From an uncultured Alphaproteobacteria bacterium (GTDB taxonomy: Bacteria; Pseudomonadota; Alphaproteobacteria; Methylaequorales; Methylaequoraceae), in NCBI GenBank assembly GCA_902550225.1, contig CACCYL010000001.1, positions 24,941 to 88,940 of the forward strand: a stretch of 64,000 bases of DNA, read 5' to 3'. Below, in pieces: positions 45,357 through 54,572 of this stretch. Within the stretch, counting starts at the first letter, position 1. The number at the start of each line of letters is the position of its first letter. Below the pieces are notes generated by a model that saw only the letters and a list, made by a program, of their open reading frames with translations, was not told the DNA's origin and made no database searches. A program made the position numbers and the translations under genes.

Positions 45357-46459
45357 TGCAAAAAAACCTTGATGATTTCTATTTGTTTGGATCTACAAAC
45401 AAAAATTTAATTACAAATGACGAAATTAAAAACTATAAGTTAAACCAATCTCCTTTAGTAAACGGAAAAAAAACAGGAATGACGACTGCTATCAACAAAA
45501 TTAAGAAAATAATTAAGAGCAGAACATTACATTTCGATGGATTAATTTGCGATCAAAGATCTCAACATTCAATTTTGGATTTGGCAGAGAGTCTAAAATC
45601 ATCAATAAATCATTGTGAAGCTGAAGAAATTAATAATTTTTATGCTGCTTATCAAACTTACGGAGGATCATTAGTTTCATTTAATGAATTAAGAAAAAGA
45701 GCTGATTTGATAATCTTTATTGGAACTTTTGATAGTTATGTTCTAGAGAGATTTTCAAAAAACCTAAATTGGAGTAGTAAAAAAACACAGAGGAAAATTT
45801 ATTATATCAGCACTAGAAAAATATCTCTTTTTAAACAAAAAATAACCTTGAAAGGCAATTCATCAATTTACAATCTTTTTGTCGATCTTTTTAAACAGAA
45901 GAAATTGCACGTCAATCATCAATTATTGCAAAAAGAATTAAAATCATCAAGATATCCTGTATTAGTTATTAACCCAACGAACGGATTTATGTTCACACAT
46001 CAATTGTTAAAGTTGACGGAATTCATAAACAATAAAATTAGAAAGTTAAGAATTTTTAAAATTTCTGGTTTAAATAATTCTTCAGGATTTGTTAATAGCT
46101 GTGTAATTAAAACTGGTTTTCCAGCTTCCGTTTCATTTAACGATTGGGGACTTTCATATAATCCAATTAAATATACAGCAAATGTTCAAAAATCAGAAAA
46201 ACCGATTCAGATTTATACATCAAATTTAAACTCAAATCCAAAAATTGAAAAATTTAAACAAAATATATTTATTGGTCACCCAAATATTATAAAAAAAGAA
46301 AAATTTGATATTTTTATTCCTGTAAAAACTCCAGGAATAGATTCAAATGGAATGGCATTGAGATCAGACGGAATTGGTGTGTTAAAGCTAGAAAAAAAGA
46401 TAGATTCTAACTACATTCAGCTTGATGAACTTGTAAAAGAATTAACAAATAATGATTGA
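45356..46459 (+). CDS. fhcB: formyltransferase/hydrolase complex subunit B (FwdB-like, cofactor-less)
   Basis: 367 aa. ..INKIKKIIKSRTLHFDGLICDQRSQHSILDLAESL..INH.. parallels the FhcB N-terminus (..L..sr.PlI.Gl.tD....raai.LAe.lg..vDH) as I recall it. Confidence 0.7.
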   Translation: MQKNLDDFYLFGSTNKNLITNDEIKNYKLNQSPLVNGKKTGMTTAINKIKKIIKSRTLHFDGLICDQRSQHSILDLAESLKSSINHCEAEEINNFYAAYQTYGGSLVSFNELRKRADLIIFIGTFDSYVLERFSKNLNWSSKKTQRKIYYISTRKISLFKQKITLKGNSSIYNLFVDLFKQKKLHVNHQLLQKELKSSRYPVLVINPTNGFMFTHQLLKLTEFINNKIRKLRIFKISGLNNSSGFVNSCVIKTGFPASVSFNDWGLSYNPIKYTANVQKSEKPIQIYTSNLNSNPKIEKFKQNIFIGHPNIIKKEKFDIFIPVKTPGIDSNGMALRSDGIGVLKLEKKIDSNYIQLDELVKELTNND

Positions 46460-47336
46460 AATTGAAAATACTTTTGCTGAGGCATTCCCAATGAAAGCTT
46501 CAAGGCTAATAATAACAGCATTGAATATTAATTGGGCAAAAAAAGCAGCTCAATCTTTTTGTGGTTTTGCAACATCTGTAATTGCATGTGGTTGTGAAGC
46601 GGGTATAGAATCTGAACTATCACATAAAGAGACGCCAGATGGAAGACCAGGAGTTTCGATCCTTATATTTTCTATGTCCTCAAATGAATTGAAAAAACAA
46701 ATTTTGAACAGGACAGGACAATGTATTATGACAAGCCCAACATCAGCAGTTTTTTCAGGAAATATAAGCGCTGATAAAATACCTCTTGGTAATTCACTTA
46801 GATATTTTGGAGATGGTTATCAACTCTCAAAATTTTTTGATAATAAAAGGTTTTGGAGAATACCGGTTATGGACGGCGAATTTATTTGTGAGGACTTCGC
46901 ATATCAAATGAAAGGGATTGGTGGAGGAAATTTTATTGTTCTAGGGAATAATATTGAGAGTGTTCTTGGAGCAGTTGAACGAGCAGTTAAGAAAATGAAT
47001 GAGGTTAAAAATGTAATATTACCCTTCCCAGGTGGTATTGTTAGGTCTGGATCAAAAGTAGGTTCAAAATATAAAAATTTAATAGCTTCGACGAATTTTG
47101 AATATTGTCCTAGTTTGAGAGGAGTTGTCACCAAATCTAAACTGGATAAAGAAACTAACTGTGTATTAGAAATTGTAATTGATGGTATTAATCGAGAAGA
47201 TATAGAATTGGCTATGAGAGAAGGTATCTCAGAAATTTTAAACTCTAGAATTACAAAAGGTATTTCAAAAATATCAGCTGGTAATTATGGTGGAAAACTT
47301 GGACCTTATTTATTTAAATTGAAGGATTTAATTTAA
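46452..47336 (+). CDS. fhcD: formylmethanofuran--H4MPT N-formyltransferase
   Basis: ..ENTFAEAFPMKASRLIITA..W...AA....GFATSVIACGCEAGIE....ETPDGRPGVSILIF.. is a clear Ftr/FhcD match. Confidence 0.88.
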   Translation: MIEIENTFAEAFPMKASRLIITALNINWAKKAAQSFCGFATSVIACGCEAGIESELSHKETPDGRPGVSILIFSMSSNELKKQILNRTGQCIMTSPTSAVFSGNISADKIPLGNSLRYFGDGYQLSKFFDNKRFWRIPVMDGEFICEDFAYQMKGIGGGNFIVLGNNIESVLGAVERAVKKMNEVKNVILPFPGGIVRSGSKVGSKYKNLIASTNFEYCPSLRGVVTKSKLDKETNCVLEIVIDGINREDIELAMREGISEILNSRITKGISKISAGNYGGKLGPYLFKLKDLI

Positions 47337-48142
47337 TGAAAAAGGTTATCTTGAAAGCCAAAATTAATTTTAAATCAGAGTTAAATTTAAAAAATTTAAA
47401 TAAAATTAATTTTGAAGAAAAAATTATTTCTAAGATAAATATTTTATACGATAACAAAGAATTCGAACTTCAAGAATTATTCAAAATTCAAGTTCAAAAA
47501 AGTGATAAAAATGAATTGATAATTTTTGGTACAAACAGAAATTGTGATTATTTAGGGTGGAAATGGCGAAAAGGTACTTTGAGAATTAAATCTGACGTAG
47601 GATCATTTTTAGGAGTGCAAATGACTAACGGAAAAATTATTGTTGAGGGTTCGTGTGAGCATCACGTTGGCTCGGGGATGACAGGCGGCATGATTTTTCT
47701 AAAATCTAATGCTTGCGACTTTGTAGGTTCTCCTTTGCCAGGAAGTAAGATCGGAATGAACGGAGGATTGATAGTTATTAATGGAAAGGCAGGAAATTTT
47801 TTAGGTCTACAAATGAGACGAGGAGTCATTTTTGTAGGTGAAGATGTTGGAAATAATTGCTGTAATAATATGATTGCTGGAACTGTAATATTAAAAAAGA
47901 GCTTTGGAGATCAACTTGGTTTGGGAATGAAAAGAGGTTCAATAATCTTATTTAGAAAAAAAATTAAATGCGCAAATTTTGTTGATTCTGGAGAATTTCG
48001 GTCACTTTTTTTAAGTTTGTTAAATAATTATCTTTTAAAAGTTTCAAGTTTAAAACCTTTTAGTAACAAAGATAAATTTATAAGATTAATTGGCGACATC
48101 AAAATGGATGGAATGGGAGAAATTTTTGTAAAAAAAAACTAA
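47336..48142 (+). CDS. fhcC: formyltransferase/hydrolase complex subunit C (FwdC-like)
   Basis: Repeated G-x-x-G-x-x-M-x-G-G beta-helix repeats (VGSGMTGGMIFL, GMNGGLIVINGKAGNFLG, MRRGVIFV), as in FwdC and the GltB C-terminal domain. Confidence 0.82.
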   Translation: MKKVILKAKINFKSELNLKNLNKINFEEKIISKINILYDNKEFELQELFKIQVQKSDKNELIIFGTNRNCDYLGWKWRKGTLRIKSDVGSFLGVQMTNGKIIVEGSCEHHVGSGMTGGMIFLKSNACDFVGSPLPGSKIGMNGGLIVINGKAGNFLGLQMRRGVIFVGEDVGNNCCNNMIAGTVILKKSFGDQLGLGMKRGSIILFRKKIKCANFVDSGEFRSLFLSLLNNYLLKVSSLKPFSNKDKFIRLIGDIKMDGMGEIFVKKN

Positions 48143-48744
48143 AATTGGTTTCTAATGCGCAGATTTTTTACTAGACCGCTCACGCCTTCATCTTTAATGA
48201 TTTTTTTAAAATCTGATTTTTTTGTTGCTACTTCACTTATGGACCCATCTAACAAAACATCAAATATTTTCCATTTTTCATTTTTAAAACCTAATAAATA
48301 ATCTATTTTAAACTTTTCGTTATCCGCAGTAAGGATTACTCTGGCTAATTTAAATTTATCTTCTATATCTGTTATTGTTTGGTGCTCAAAATCCAATTTA
48401 TTGATTTTATTGAATCTTCTAAAATAATTTACTGAAATAAATCTTTTAAAAACATTTATAAATTCTTTCCGAGTTTTTGTATCCATTTGCTTCCAATCAA
48501 TTCCAATTATTATTTTCCCCATTTTTTCTAAATCATAACTATTTTTTACCACATCATCGATCATTGCTAAATTGTTACTTTTAATTGTTTTATCAGATAT
48601 TTTTATGAGACTTTCATGCAACTCATTAACACCTGCCAGAACAGTACTTTCACTTTTGGTTTCAGAATAAAAAACAATAAAGATGCTTGTTATAAGACAT
48701 GTCAGGAAAATATTATAAAAAAAGTTGGATAAAAATATTTTCAT
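48139..48744 (-). CDS. MlaC/Ttg2D-family lipid-binding protein (HpnM-like)
   Basis: Signal/anchor, then ..DLEKMGKIIIGIDWKQMDTKTRKEFINVFKRFISVNYFRRF.. Ttg2D pattern. Position at the edge of the hopanoid cluster. Confidence 0.65.
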   Translation of the reverse strand: MKIFLSNFFYNIFLTCLITSIFIVFYSETKSESTVLAGVNELHESLIKISDKTIKSNNLAMIDDVVKNSYDLEKMGKIIIGIDWKQMDTKTRKEFINVFKRFISVNYFRRFNKINKLDFEHQTITDIEDKFKLARVILTADNEKFKIDYLLGFKNEKWKIFDVLLDGSISEVATKKSDFKKIIKDEGVSGLVKNLRIRNQF

Positions 48745-48782
48745 TTATTATCTTTTATACACAATACATCAATTAAAATAAA

Positions 48783-49778
48783 ATGAATAAAAAAATCCTT
48801 ATCACAGGAGCAAATGGTTTTTTAGGCTCAGCTATCACTAGGATAGCTTTAAAAAAAAAATTTAAGGTCAATGTTTTAGTTCGAAAAAATACAAATATAA
48901 AAAATCTAGAAAGAATTAGGTCAAAAATAAACTTTTTTTACGGTGACTTGAGAGATATTTCTAGTTTAGAAAAACCAATAGCTAATTCAGACGTTATTTT
49001 TCATGTCGCAGCAGATTACAGACTTTGGTCACGAGCACCAAAAGAACTTTACGATTCAAATGTAAGAGGAACCGAGAATATTTGTATAATAACATCTGAT
49101 TTAAATAAAACTCTGATATATACCTCAAGTGTAGCTACACTTGGATTAAACAAAAGTAACGAATCTAACGAAGAAACTCCTGTTACTTTTTCAGATATGA
49201 TTGGTGATTATAAAAAATCAAAATATCTAGCTGAGAAGATTGTTGAAAAATTCATAAAAAAAAAAAAAATGAAATGTATCATTGTTAATCCCTCTACTCC
49301 GATTGGTCCTGGTGATTACAAACCAACACCAACTGGAAGAATCATTTATGATGTATTAAGAGGGAAAATGCCAGCTTATGTTGACACTGGATTAAATATT
49401 GTTCATGTAGATGATGTAGCAGACGGACATTTCCTTGCTCTTAAAAATGGAAAGATTGGAGATAAATATATTTTAGGAGGTGAAAACTTAAAATTTAAAG
49501 ATTTTTTGGATTACATTTGCGAATATGGAAAGAAATCTAAAATAGTTATAAAGCTTAATCCAAAGTTACTGATACCTCTAGCTCATGTAAATGAGGTTTT
49601 ATTTAAATATTTTATAAGCAAAGAACCAAAACTTACTTTGGATGGCTTAAAAATGTCCACTAAAAATATGTTTTTTTCATCTGAAAAAGCAAAAAAGAAA
49701 CTTCAGTATAGACCTAGATCTATTAAAGATGCTATAAAGGATGCTGTAAACTGGTTTGAAAATTTTGAAAGTTTATAA
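48783..49778 (+). CDS. hpnA: hopanoid-associated NAD-dependent sugar epimerase
   Basis: ILITGANGFLGS Rossmann motif and a YxxxK (YKKSKYLAE) SDR extended family. Cluster context. Confidence 0.75.
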   Translation: MNKKILITGANGFLGSAITRIALKKKFKVNVLVRKNTNIKNLERIRSKINFFYGDLRDISSLEKPIANSDVIFHVAADYRLWSRAPKELYDSNVRGTENICIITSDLNKTLIYTSSVATLGLNKSNESNEETPVTFSDMIGDYKKSKYLAEKIVEKFIKKKKMKCIIVNPSTPIGPGDYKPTPTGRIIYDVLRGKMPAYVDTGLNIVHVDDVADGHFLALKNGKIGDKYILGGENLKFKDFLDYICEYGKKSKIVIKLNPKLLIPLAHVNEVLFKYFISKEPKLTLDGLKMSTKNMFFSSEKAKKKLQYRPRSIKDAIKDAVNWFENFESL

Positions 49779-49780
49779 TT

Positions 49781-50740
49781 ATGAAACAAACACTTAAACC
49801 ATTAAAGGTATTTTTAGCCCAACCTCGAGGGTTCTGCGCTGGGGTAGAACGAGCTATCGAGATTGTTGAGAGAGCTCTAAAAATTTATGGCCCACCAGTC
49901 TACGTTAGACACGAAATAGTTCACAATAAGAGAGTGGTAAATAATCTTAGCTCCAAAGGTGCAGTTTTTGTTCAAGAACTAGACGAGATCCCCCCTGGGG
50001 CCGTTACTATCTTCAGCGCTCATGGAGTTGCTCAAAGAATTGAAGACACTGCTAAAGATAGAAAACTCCCTATTCTGGATGCAACGTGTCCTCTTGTAGC
50101 GAAGGTTCATAAAGAAGGTCAAAGATACTCATCTAAAGGTTATGAGGTTGTTTTAATTGGTCACGAAGGTCATCCAGAAGTTGAAGGTACGATGGGAAGA
50201 ATTTCTGGAGACGTTTATCTTGTTTCAAACACAGAAGATGTTTTTAAACTTAAAGTGAAAAATCCAAAAAAACTTTCATATATAAGTCAAACCACACTCT
50301 CTGTCGATGACACCAAAGTAGTAATAGAAGCTTTAAAAAAAAGATTTCCAGCAATCGAGGGTCCAGACGTCAAAGATATCTGTTATGCAACACAGAACAG
50401 ACAATCCGCCGTTAGGGATCTCGTGGATCATGTCAATTTAATCTTAGTAGTTGGAGCAAAAAATAGCTCTAATTCCAATAGGTTGAGAGACTTAGGAGAA
50501 GAGTCAGGGGTTGATACTTATTTGATAGAAACTGCTGATGATCTCGATAGTCGATGGTTTGACAATGTCGAATCTATAGGAATATCTTCAGGTGCATCAA
50601 CTCCTGACGAACTTGTTAAAGAGGTTATTAAGAGAATTTCGTCATTTAGAGAGGTTAAAATTGAGAAAAGGCCTGGTATTGAAGAAAACATAGTTTTTAA
50701 ACTTCCTCGAGAGCTAACAAATATTGAGGCACTAAATTAA
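49781..50740 (+). CDS. ispH: 4-hydroxy-3-methylbut-2-enyl diphosphate reductase
   Basis: ..PRGFCAGVERAIEIVE.., ..VRHEIVHN.., ..DATCPLV.KVH.., ..SSNSNRL.. are canonical IspH/LytB motifs. Confidence 0.93.
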   Translation: MKQTLKPLKVFLAQPRGFCAGVERAIEIVERALKIYGPPVYVRHEIVHNKRVVNNLSSKGAVFVQELDEIPPGAVTIFSAHGVAQRIEDTAKDRKLPILDATCPLVAKVHKEGQRYSSKGYEVVLIGHEGHPEVEGTMGRISGDVYLVSNTEDVFKLKVKNPKKLSYISQTTLSVDDTKVVIEALKKRFPAIEGPDVKDICYATQNRQSAVRDLVDHVNLILVVGAKNSSNSNRLRDLGEESGVDTYLIETADDLDSRWFDNVESIGISSGASTPDELVKEVIKRISSFREVKIEKRPGIEENIVFKLPRELTNIEALN

Positions 50741-50777
50741 ACTTTACATTTTAATAACAATTAATTAAATTTAGACG

Positions 50778-51977
50778 ATGGGTATACCACTAATACAACA
50801 AATAAGAGTTGGTTCTTATATCTTAAAACAGAAAATCCTTGGTAGGTCTAAATATCCGCTTGTTTTGATGTTAGAACCTCTTTTTAGATGCAATCTTGCA
50901 TGTGCTGGATGTGGCAAAATTGATTATCCAAAAGAAATCTTAAACCAAAGACTCTCTACTCAAGAATGTATAGATTCTGTCGAGGAATGTGGGGCCCCAA
51001 TTGTTTCTATACCAGGAGGTGAGCCACTAATTCATAGAGAAATGCCAGAAATTGTAAGAGAGTTGATAAAAAGGAAAAAGTTTGTTTATCTCTGCACAAA
51101 CGCAGTTTTAATGGAAAAAAAGTTGTCTGAATACAAGCCTAGTCCGTATTTTACCTGGTCAGTACATCTCGATGGTATGAAAGAAGAACATGACAAAGCA
51201 GTTTGTCAAGAAGGTGTTTTTGACCGATGCGTTTCTGCTATTAAAAAAGCAAAATCATTAGGCTTTAGATGCAATGTTAATTGCACTATTTTCGACAATG
51301 CTCATGCAGATGATTTGAAAACATTTTTAAACTACGTCACTGATGAGCTAAAAGTAGATGGTATAACCATTTCACCTGGTTTTGCTTACGAGAGAGCTCC
51401 TGATCAAGAGCATTTTATTAAAAGATCTAATACCAAAAATTTTTTTAGAAATATTTTTAAGTCAAAAGATTTTAAAAAATGGGATTTCAGTCATTCTGGA
51501 CTCTACCTTGATTTTCTTGCTGGCAATCAATCTTATAAGTGTACGCCCTGGGGTAACCCTACTAGAAATATCTTTGGTTGGCAAAAACCATGCTATCTTC
51601 TTGGAGAAGGTTATGTGAAATCATTTAAAGAACTTATGACTGAAACAGAATGGGACAAATACGGAACAGGAAATTACGACAAGTGTTCCGATTGCATGGC
51701 ACATTGTGGTTACGAAGCTTCAGCTGTTACAGATGTTTTCACCAATCCTCTAAAAGCAGTAACTGTTGCAATAAAAGGACCTAAAACAGAGGGGGCGATG
51801 GCCGAAGAAATTGATATAAGTAAATCTAGAGACCCAGACTTTTTTCACGATACGCATGTAAGCGAGATGATGAAAAAACTGAATGCACAACAAAAGAATA
51901 ATGAATCAAACAATTCACCCATTCCATCTGCTGGTGCAGCAATCAATCCACAAAGTCATTTAGCTAAAAAGCAGTAG
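50778..51977 (+). CDS. hpnH: adenosyl-hopene transferase (radical SAM)
   Basis: ..LEPLFRCNLACAGCGKIDYP.. (CxxxCxxC). About 400 aa with the C-terminal Cys motif CSDCMAHCGYE, typical of HpnH. Confidence 0.88.
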   Translation: MGIPLIQQIRVGSYILKQKILGRSKYPLVLMLEPLFRCNLACAGCGKIDYPKEILNQRLSTQECIDSVEECGAPIVSIPGGEPLIHREMPEIVRELIKRKKFVYLCTNAVLMEKKLSEYKPSPYFTWSVHLDGMKEEHDKAVCQEGVFDRCVSAIKKAKSLGFRCNVNCTIFDNAHADDLKTFLNYVTDELKVDGITISPGFAYERAPDQEHFIKRSNTKNFFRNIFKSKDFKKWDFSHSGLYLDFLAGNQSYKCTPWGNPTRNIFGWQKPCYLLGEGYVKSFKELMTETEWDKYGTGNYDKCSDCMAHCGYEASAVTDVFTNPLKAVTVAIKGPKTEGAMAEEIDISKSRDPDFFHDTHVSEMMKKLNAQQKNNESNNSPIPSAGAAINPQSHLAKKQ

Positions 51978-51988
51978 CATAAGATTAT

Positions 51989-52660
51989 TTAAAAAGAATT
52001 AACAAGACTCTCGAGAACTTTTTTACTTTTTGAAAATTTGAAGTTTACATCCATAAGTTCAAAAACTCTTTTTGGTTTTAGGATTAACTTTGTCAAAAAG
52101 TGAACTATTTTTAGTTCACCCCTATCATTGATACAATCTGAAATATAAGAAGGTATGTCAAAAGACAGGTCATCGAATATTACTTTGAAAGATAACATCG
52201 GAATATTTACTTTCAAAAGTTCTTTTTTAATATAATAAGCTTCCATATCAATCACTGAGATTGATTTATATTTTTTTACAAGTTTTAATTTTGCTCCTTT
52301 GCCGCCAACAATTTTTTGTACAGTAAGAAGATTACATTTCACAAATTTAATTTTTTTTTCTAAATTTTTGAAGAAATCTTGATTAAATTTCGAAGGTGTA
52401 AGTTTTTTATTTCTTTCATTTAATATTTTATTAACAAATACGATGTCGCCATTTTTTAAACTCTTTGATACTGAACCGGCAAAACCAAAATTTACAACAA
52501 TATCTACTCCTAACTTCAACAATTTTTTTGTTGCTTCTTTCGAAGATCTTCCATAACCGTAGACACAAAATTTATTATTGTTTGTACTTGAGACTAATTT
52601 CATTTCCTTCTTCAAGCCAAAAATGAAACCAATTTTTTTGAATTCTTTTTTATGTTCCAT
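51989..52660 (-). CDS. hpnG: hopanoid-associated phosphorylase/nucleosidase
   Basis: PNP_UDP-fold pattern (..IGFIFGLKKE.., ..NFGFAGS.., ..VIDMEAY..). Downstream of shc, overlapping it by 11 nt. Confidence 0.75.
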   Translation of the reverse strand: MEHKKEFKKIGFIFGLKKEMKLVSSTNNNKFCVYGYGRSSKEATKKLLKLGVDIVVNFGFAGSVSKSLKNGDIVFVNKILNERNKKLTPSKFNQDFFKNLEKKIKFVKCNLLTVQKIVGGKGAKLKLVKKYKSISVIDMEAYYIKKELLKVNIPMLSFKVIFDDLSFDIPSYISDCINDRGELKIVHFLTKLILKPKRVFELMDVNFKFSKSKKVLESLVNSF

Positions 52661-54560
52661 AAGTTGGAAAAATTGAATTTTTTGTTAATTGGTTTTTTAC
52701 TTTTGAAATTGCAAGAAGTGGAAAATATTCGGCATAACCGTGGTATTTCAAGTAAAAAACTTTTGGAAACCCCACAGCTGTATAATAATCTTCTTGATAT
52801 TTTGTATTTTTATTTGTTAAAAATTTTAACCCTTTTTCTACCTCTGGACTGTTTATCTGACCTCCCGCTAAAAGGCCCATGATAGCCCATGAAGTTTGAG
52901 AAGGGGTGCTTTGTTTTGATAAATTCTCAAAATTCTTATAATATGACTTTCCGTCTTCACCCCAACCACCATCACTTCTTTGATTATTTTTCAAATAATT
53001 AATTGCTTTATCAAAAACTTCTTTTTTATTTCTAAATTCTACCAAATTTAAGGCAGACAAAACTGACCACGTTCCGTAGATATAATTCGTTCCCCACCTT
53101 CCAAACCAACTTCCATCTTTCTCTTGTTCAGATAAAAGATACTTTGTTGCTCTTTCAATACAAATTTTATCTCTTGGGTTATTTAGTTGTTTAAGGAAAC
53201 TGAGGCAACGCGCTGAAACGTCTGCAGTCGGAGGATCAAGCAGTGCCCCATGGTCAGCGAATGGTATTGAATTAAGAGAATAATGTGTATTATCAATATC
53301 AAATGCACCCCAACCTCCATTCTTAGATTGCATACCAATAATCCATTTTCTTGTTCTCTCGATTGCAAGTTGAATTGATTTTTTTTTCTTTATTCTATTG
53401 TATCTGTCCAAAAACATACCCACTAATGCTGTATCGTCAACATCAGGGTAGTAATCATTATTAAATTGGAAAGCCCAACCTCCTTCATCAATTTCACTAT
53501 TTTTGTGTGACCAATCACCTTTTATCTTTATTTCTTTTTTTAAAAACCATTCTGCAAGCCTATCATCTAAAATTCCGTTCTCAATATTAACTATACCCAT
53601 CCATCCAGAGTCCCAAACAGGAGAAAAACAGGGTTGGCAGTAGGCATAGTCTTTCTTTTCGATAATAAGCTTGTCTAGAGCTTTTTGAGCTATTTTAATC
53701 TCTTGAGCATATTTATTTTTATCTAAAATTGTCAGGGAAATTAAGGCATTTACCATAGCTGGGAAAATCCCACCTAAACCATCCACCCCATTCAGTCTTT
53801 TTAGAATCCATTTCAAGGCAAAATTTTCACCTTTATCCTTTAAGCCTTTAGTTAAGAGTGAAAAAACAAATCTTGCTATCTTATCTGAATAAATAAATAT
53901 TCTCGAAAGGAAATTTTTTTTTGAAATTAATTTAATTTTTCCTGAATGGTTTTTTTGGTTTTTAAACAATTCTTTTATGAAAACTCGATTAGGGTTTTGC
54001 GCAATTGGTTGTCTTCGCATTATGATAAGAAGTGGTACGAGAACAGTTCTTGACCAATAAGATATTTTATAAATATTGAATGGGAACCAATTTGGAAAAA
54101 GCATAATTTCAATTGGCATGAAAGGAATTGAATTCCATGTAATTTGACCATAAAGTGCTAGAGTTATTCTTGTAAACACATTTACTTTTTCTGCCCCTCC
54201 TCTAAATAATATACATTTTTTTGCTTTAATCATTTCGTGCGAGTTCTCATCTAAACCTGCAAGCTTTAAAGCATAATAAGCCTTAACTGAAGCGCTGAGA
54301 TCAGTCTCGCCATCATAAAAAAGTGGCCAACCTCCTTCTTGATTTTGCTTACTTAAGATATATTTAACCATTTTTTCTTGCAATTTTATCTCAATTTTTC
54401 CAAGAAAATGCATTAGCAGAATATATTCTGATGTGATTGTAGTGTCTGCTTCTAATTCATATACGTAACAACCTTGCTTAAGTTTTTTTTGATTTTGATT
54501 TTTAAGGAGGTTGTCATACGAATGTTGAAAATTATTAATAATATCTTTTAAACTTTTCAT
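52650..54560 (-). CDS. shc: squalene-hopene cyclase
   Basis: The catalytic DxDD motif occurs in ..YYPDVDDTALVG... Multiple QW repeats are present (QNQEGGW, MQSKNGGWGAFD, EQEKDGSWFGRWG, NQRSDGGWGE). Confidence 0.95.
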   Translation of the reverse strand: MKSLKDIINNFQHSYDNLLKNQNQKKLKQGCYVYELEADTTITSEYILLMHFLGKIEIKLQEKMVKYILSKQNQEGGWPLFYDGETDLSASVKAYYALKLAGLDENSHEMIKAKKCILFRGGAEKVNVFTRITLALYGQITWNSIPFMPIEIMLFPNWFPFNIYKISYWSRTVLVPLLIIMRRQPIAQNPNRVFIKELFKNQKNHSGKIKLISKKNFLSRIFIYSDKIARFVFSLLTKGLKDKGENFALKWILKRLNGVDGLGGIFPAMVNALISLTILDKNKYAQEIKIAQKALDKLIIEKKDYAYCQPCFSPVWDSGWMGIVNIENGILDDRLAEWFLKKEIKIKGDWSHKNSEIDEGGWAFQFNNDYYPDVDDTALVGMFLDRYNRIKKKKSIQLAIERTRKWIIGMQSKNGGWGAFDIDNTHYSLNSIPFADHGALLDPPTADVSARCLSFLKQLNNPRDKICIERATKYLLSEQEKDGSWFGRWGTNYIYGTWSVLSALNLVEFRNKKEVFDKAINYLKNNQRSDGGWGEDGKSYYKNFENLSKQSTPSQTSWAIMGLLAGGQINSPEVEKGLKFLTNKNTKYQEDYYTAVGFPKVFYLKYHGYAEYFPLLAISKVKNQLTKNSIFPTYGT

Positions 54561-54572
54561 TTTAAACTTTTT

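Noticed and set aside
45356-46459. Possibility that this ORF is a truncated fhcA rather than fhcB.
   Set aside because: It has no amidohydrolase HxH / metal-binding motifs. The N-terminal region parallels FhcB/FwdB-like proteins, and the size (367 aa) fits FhcB.
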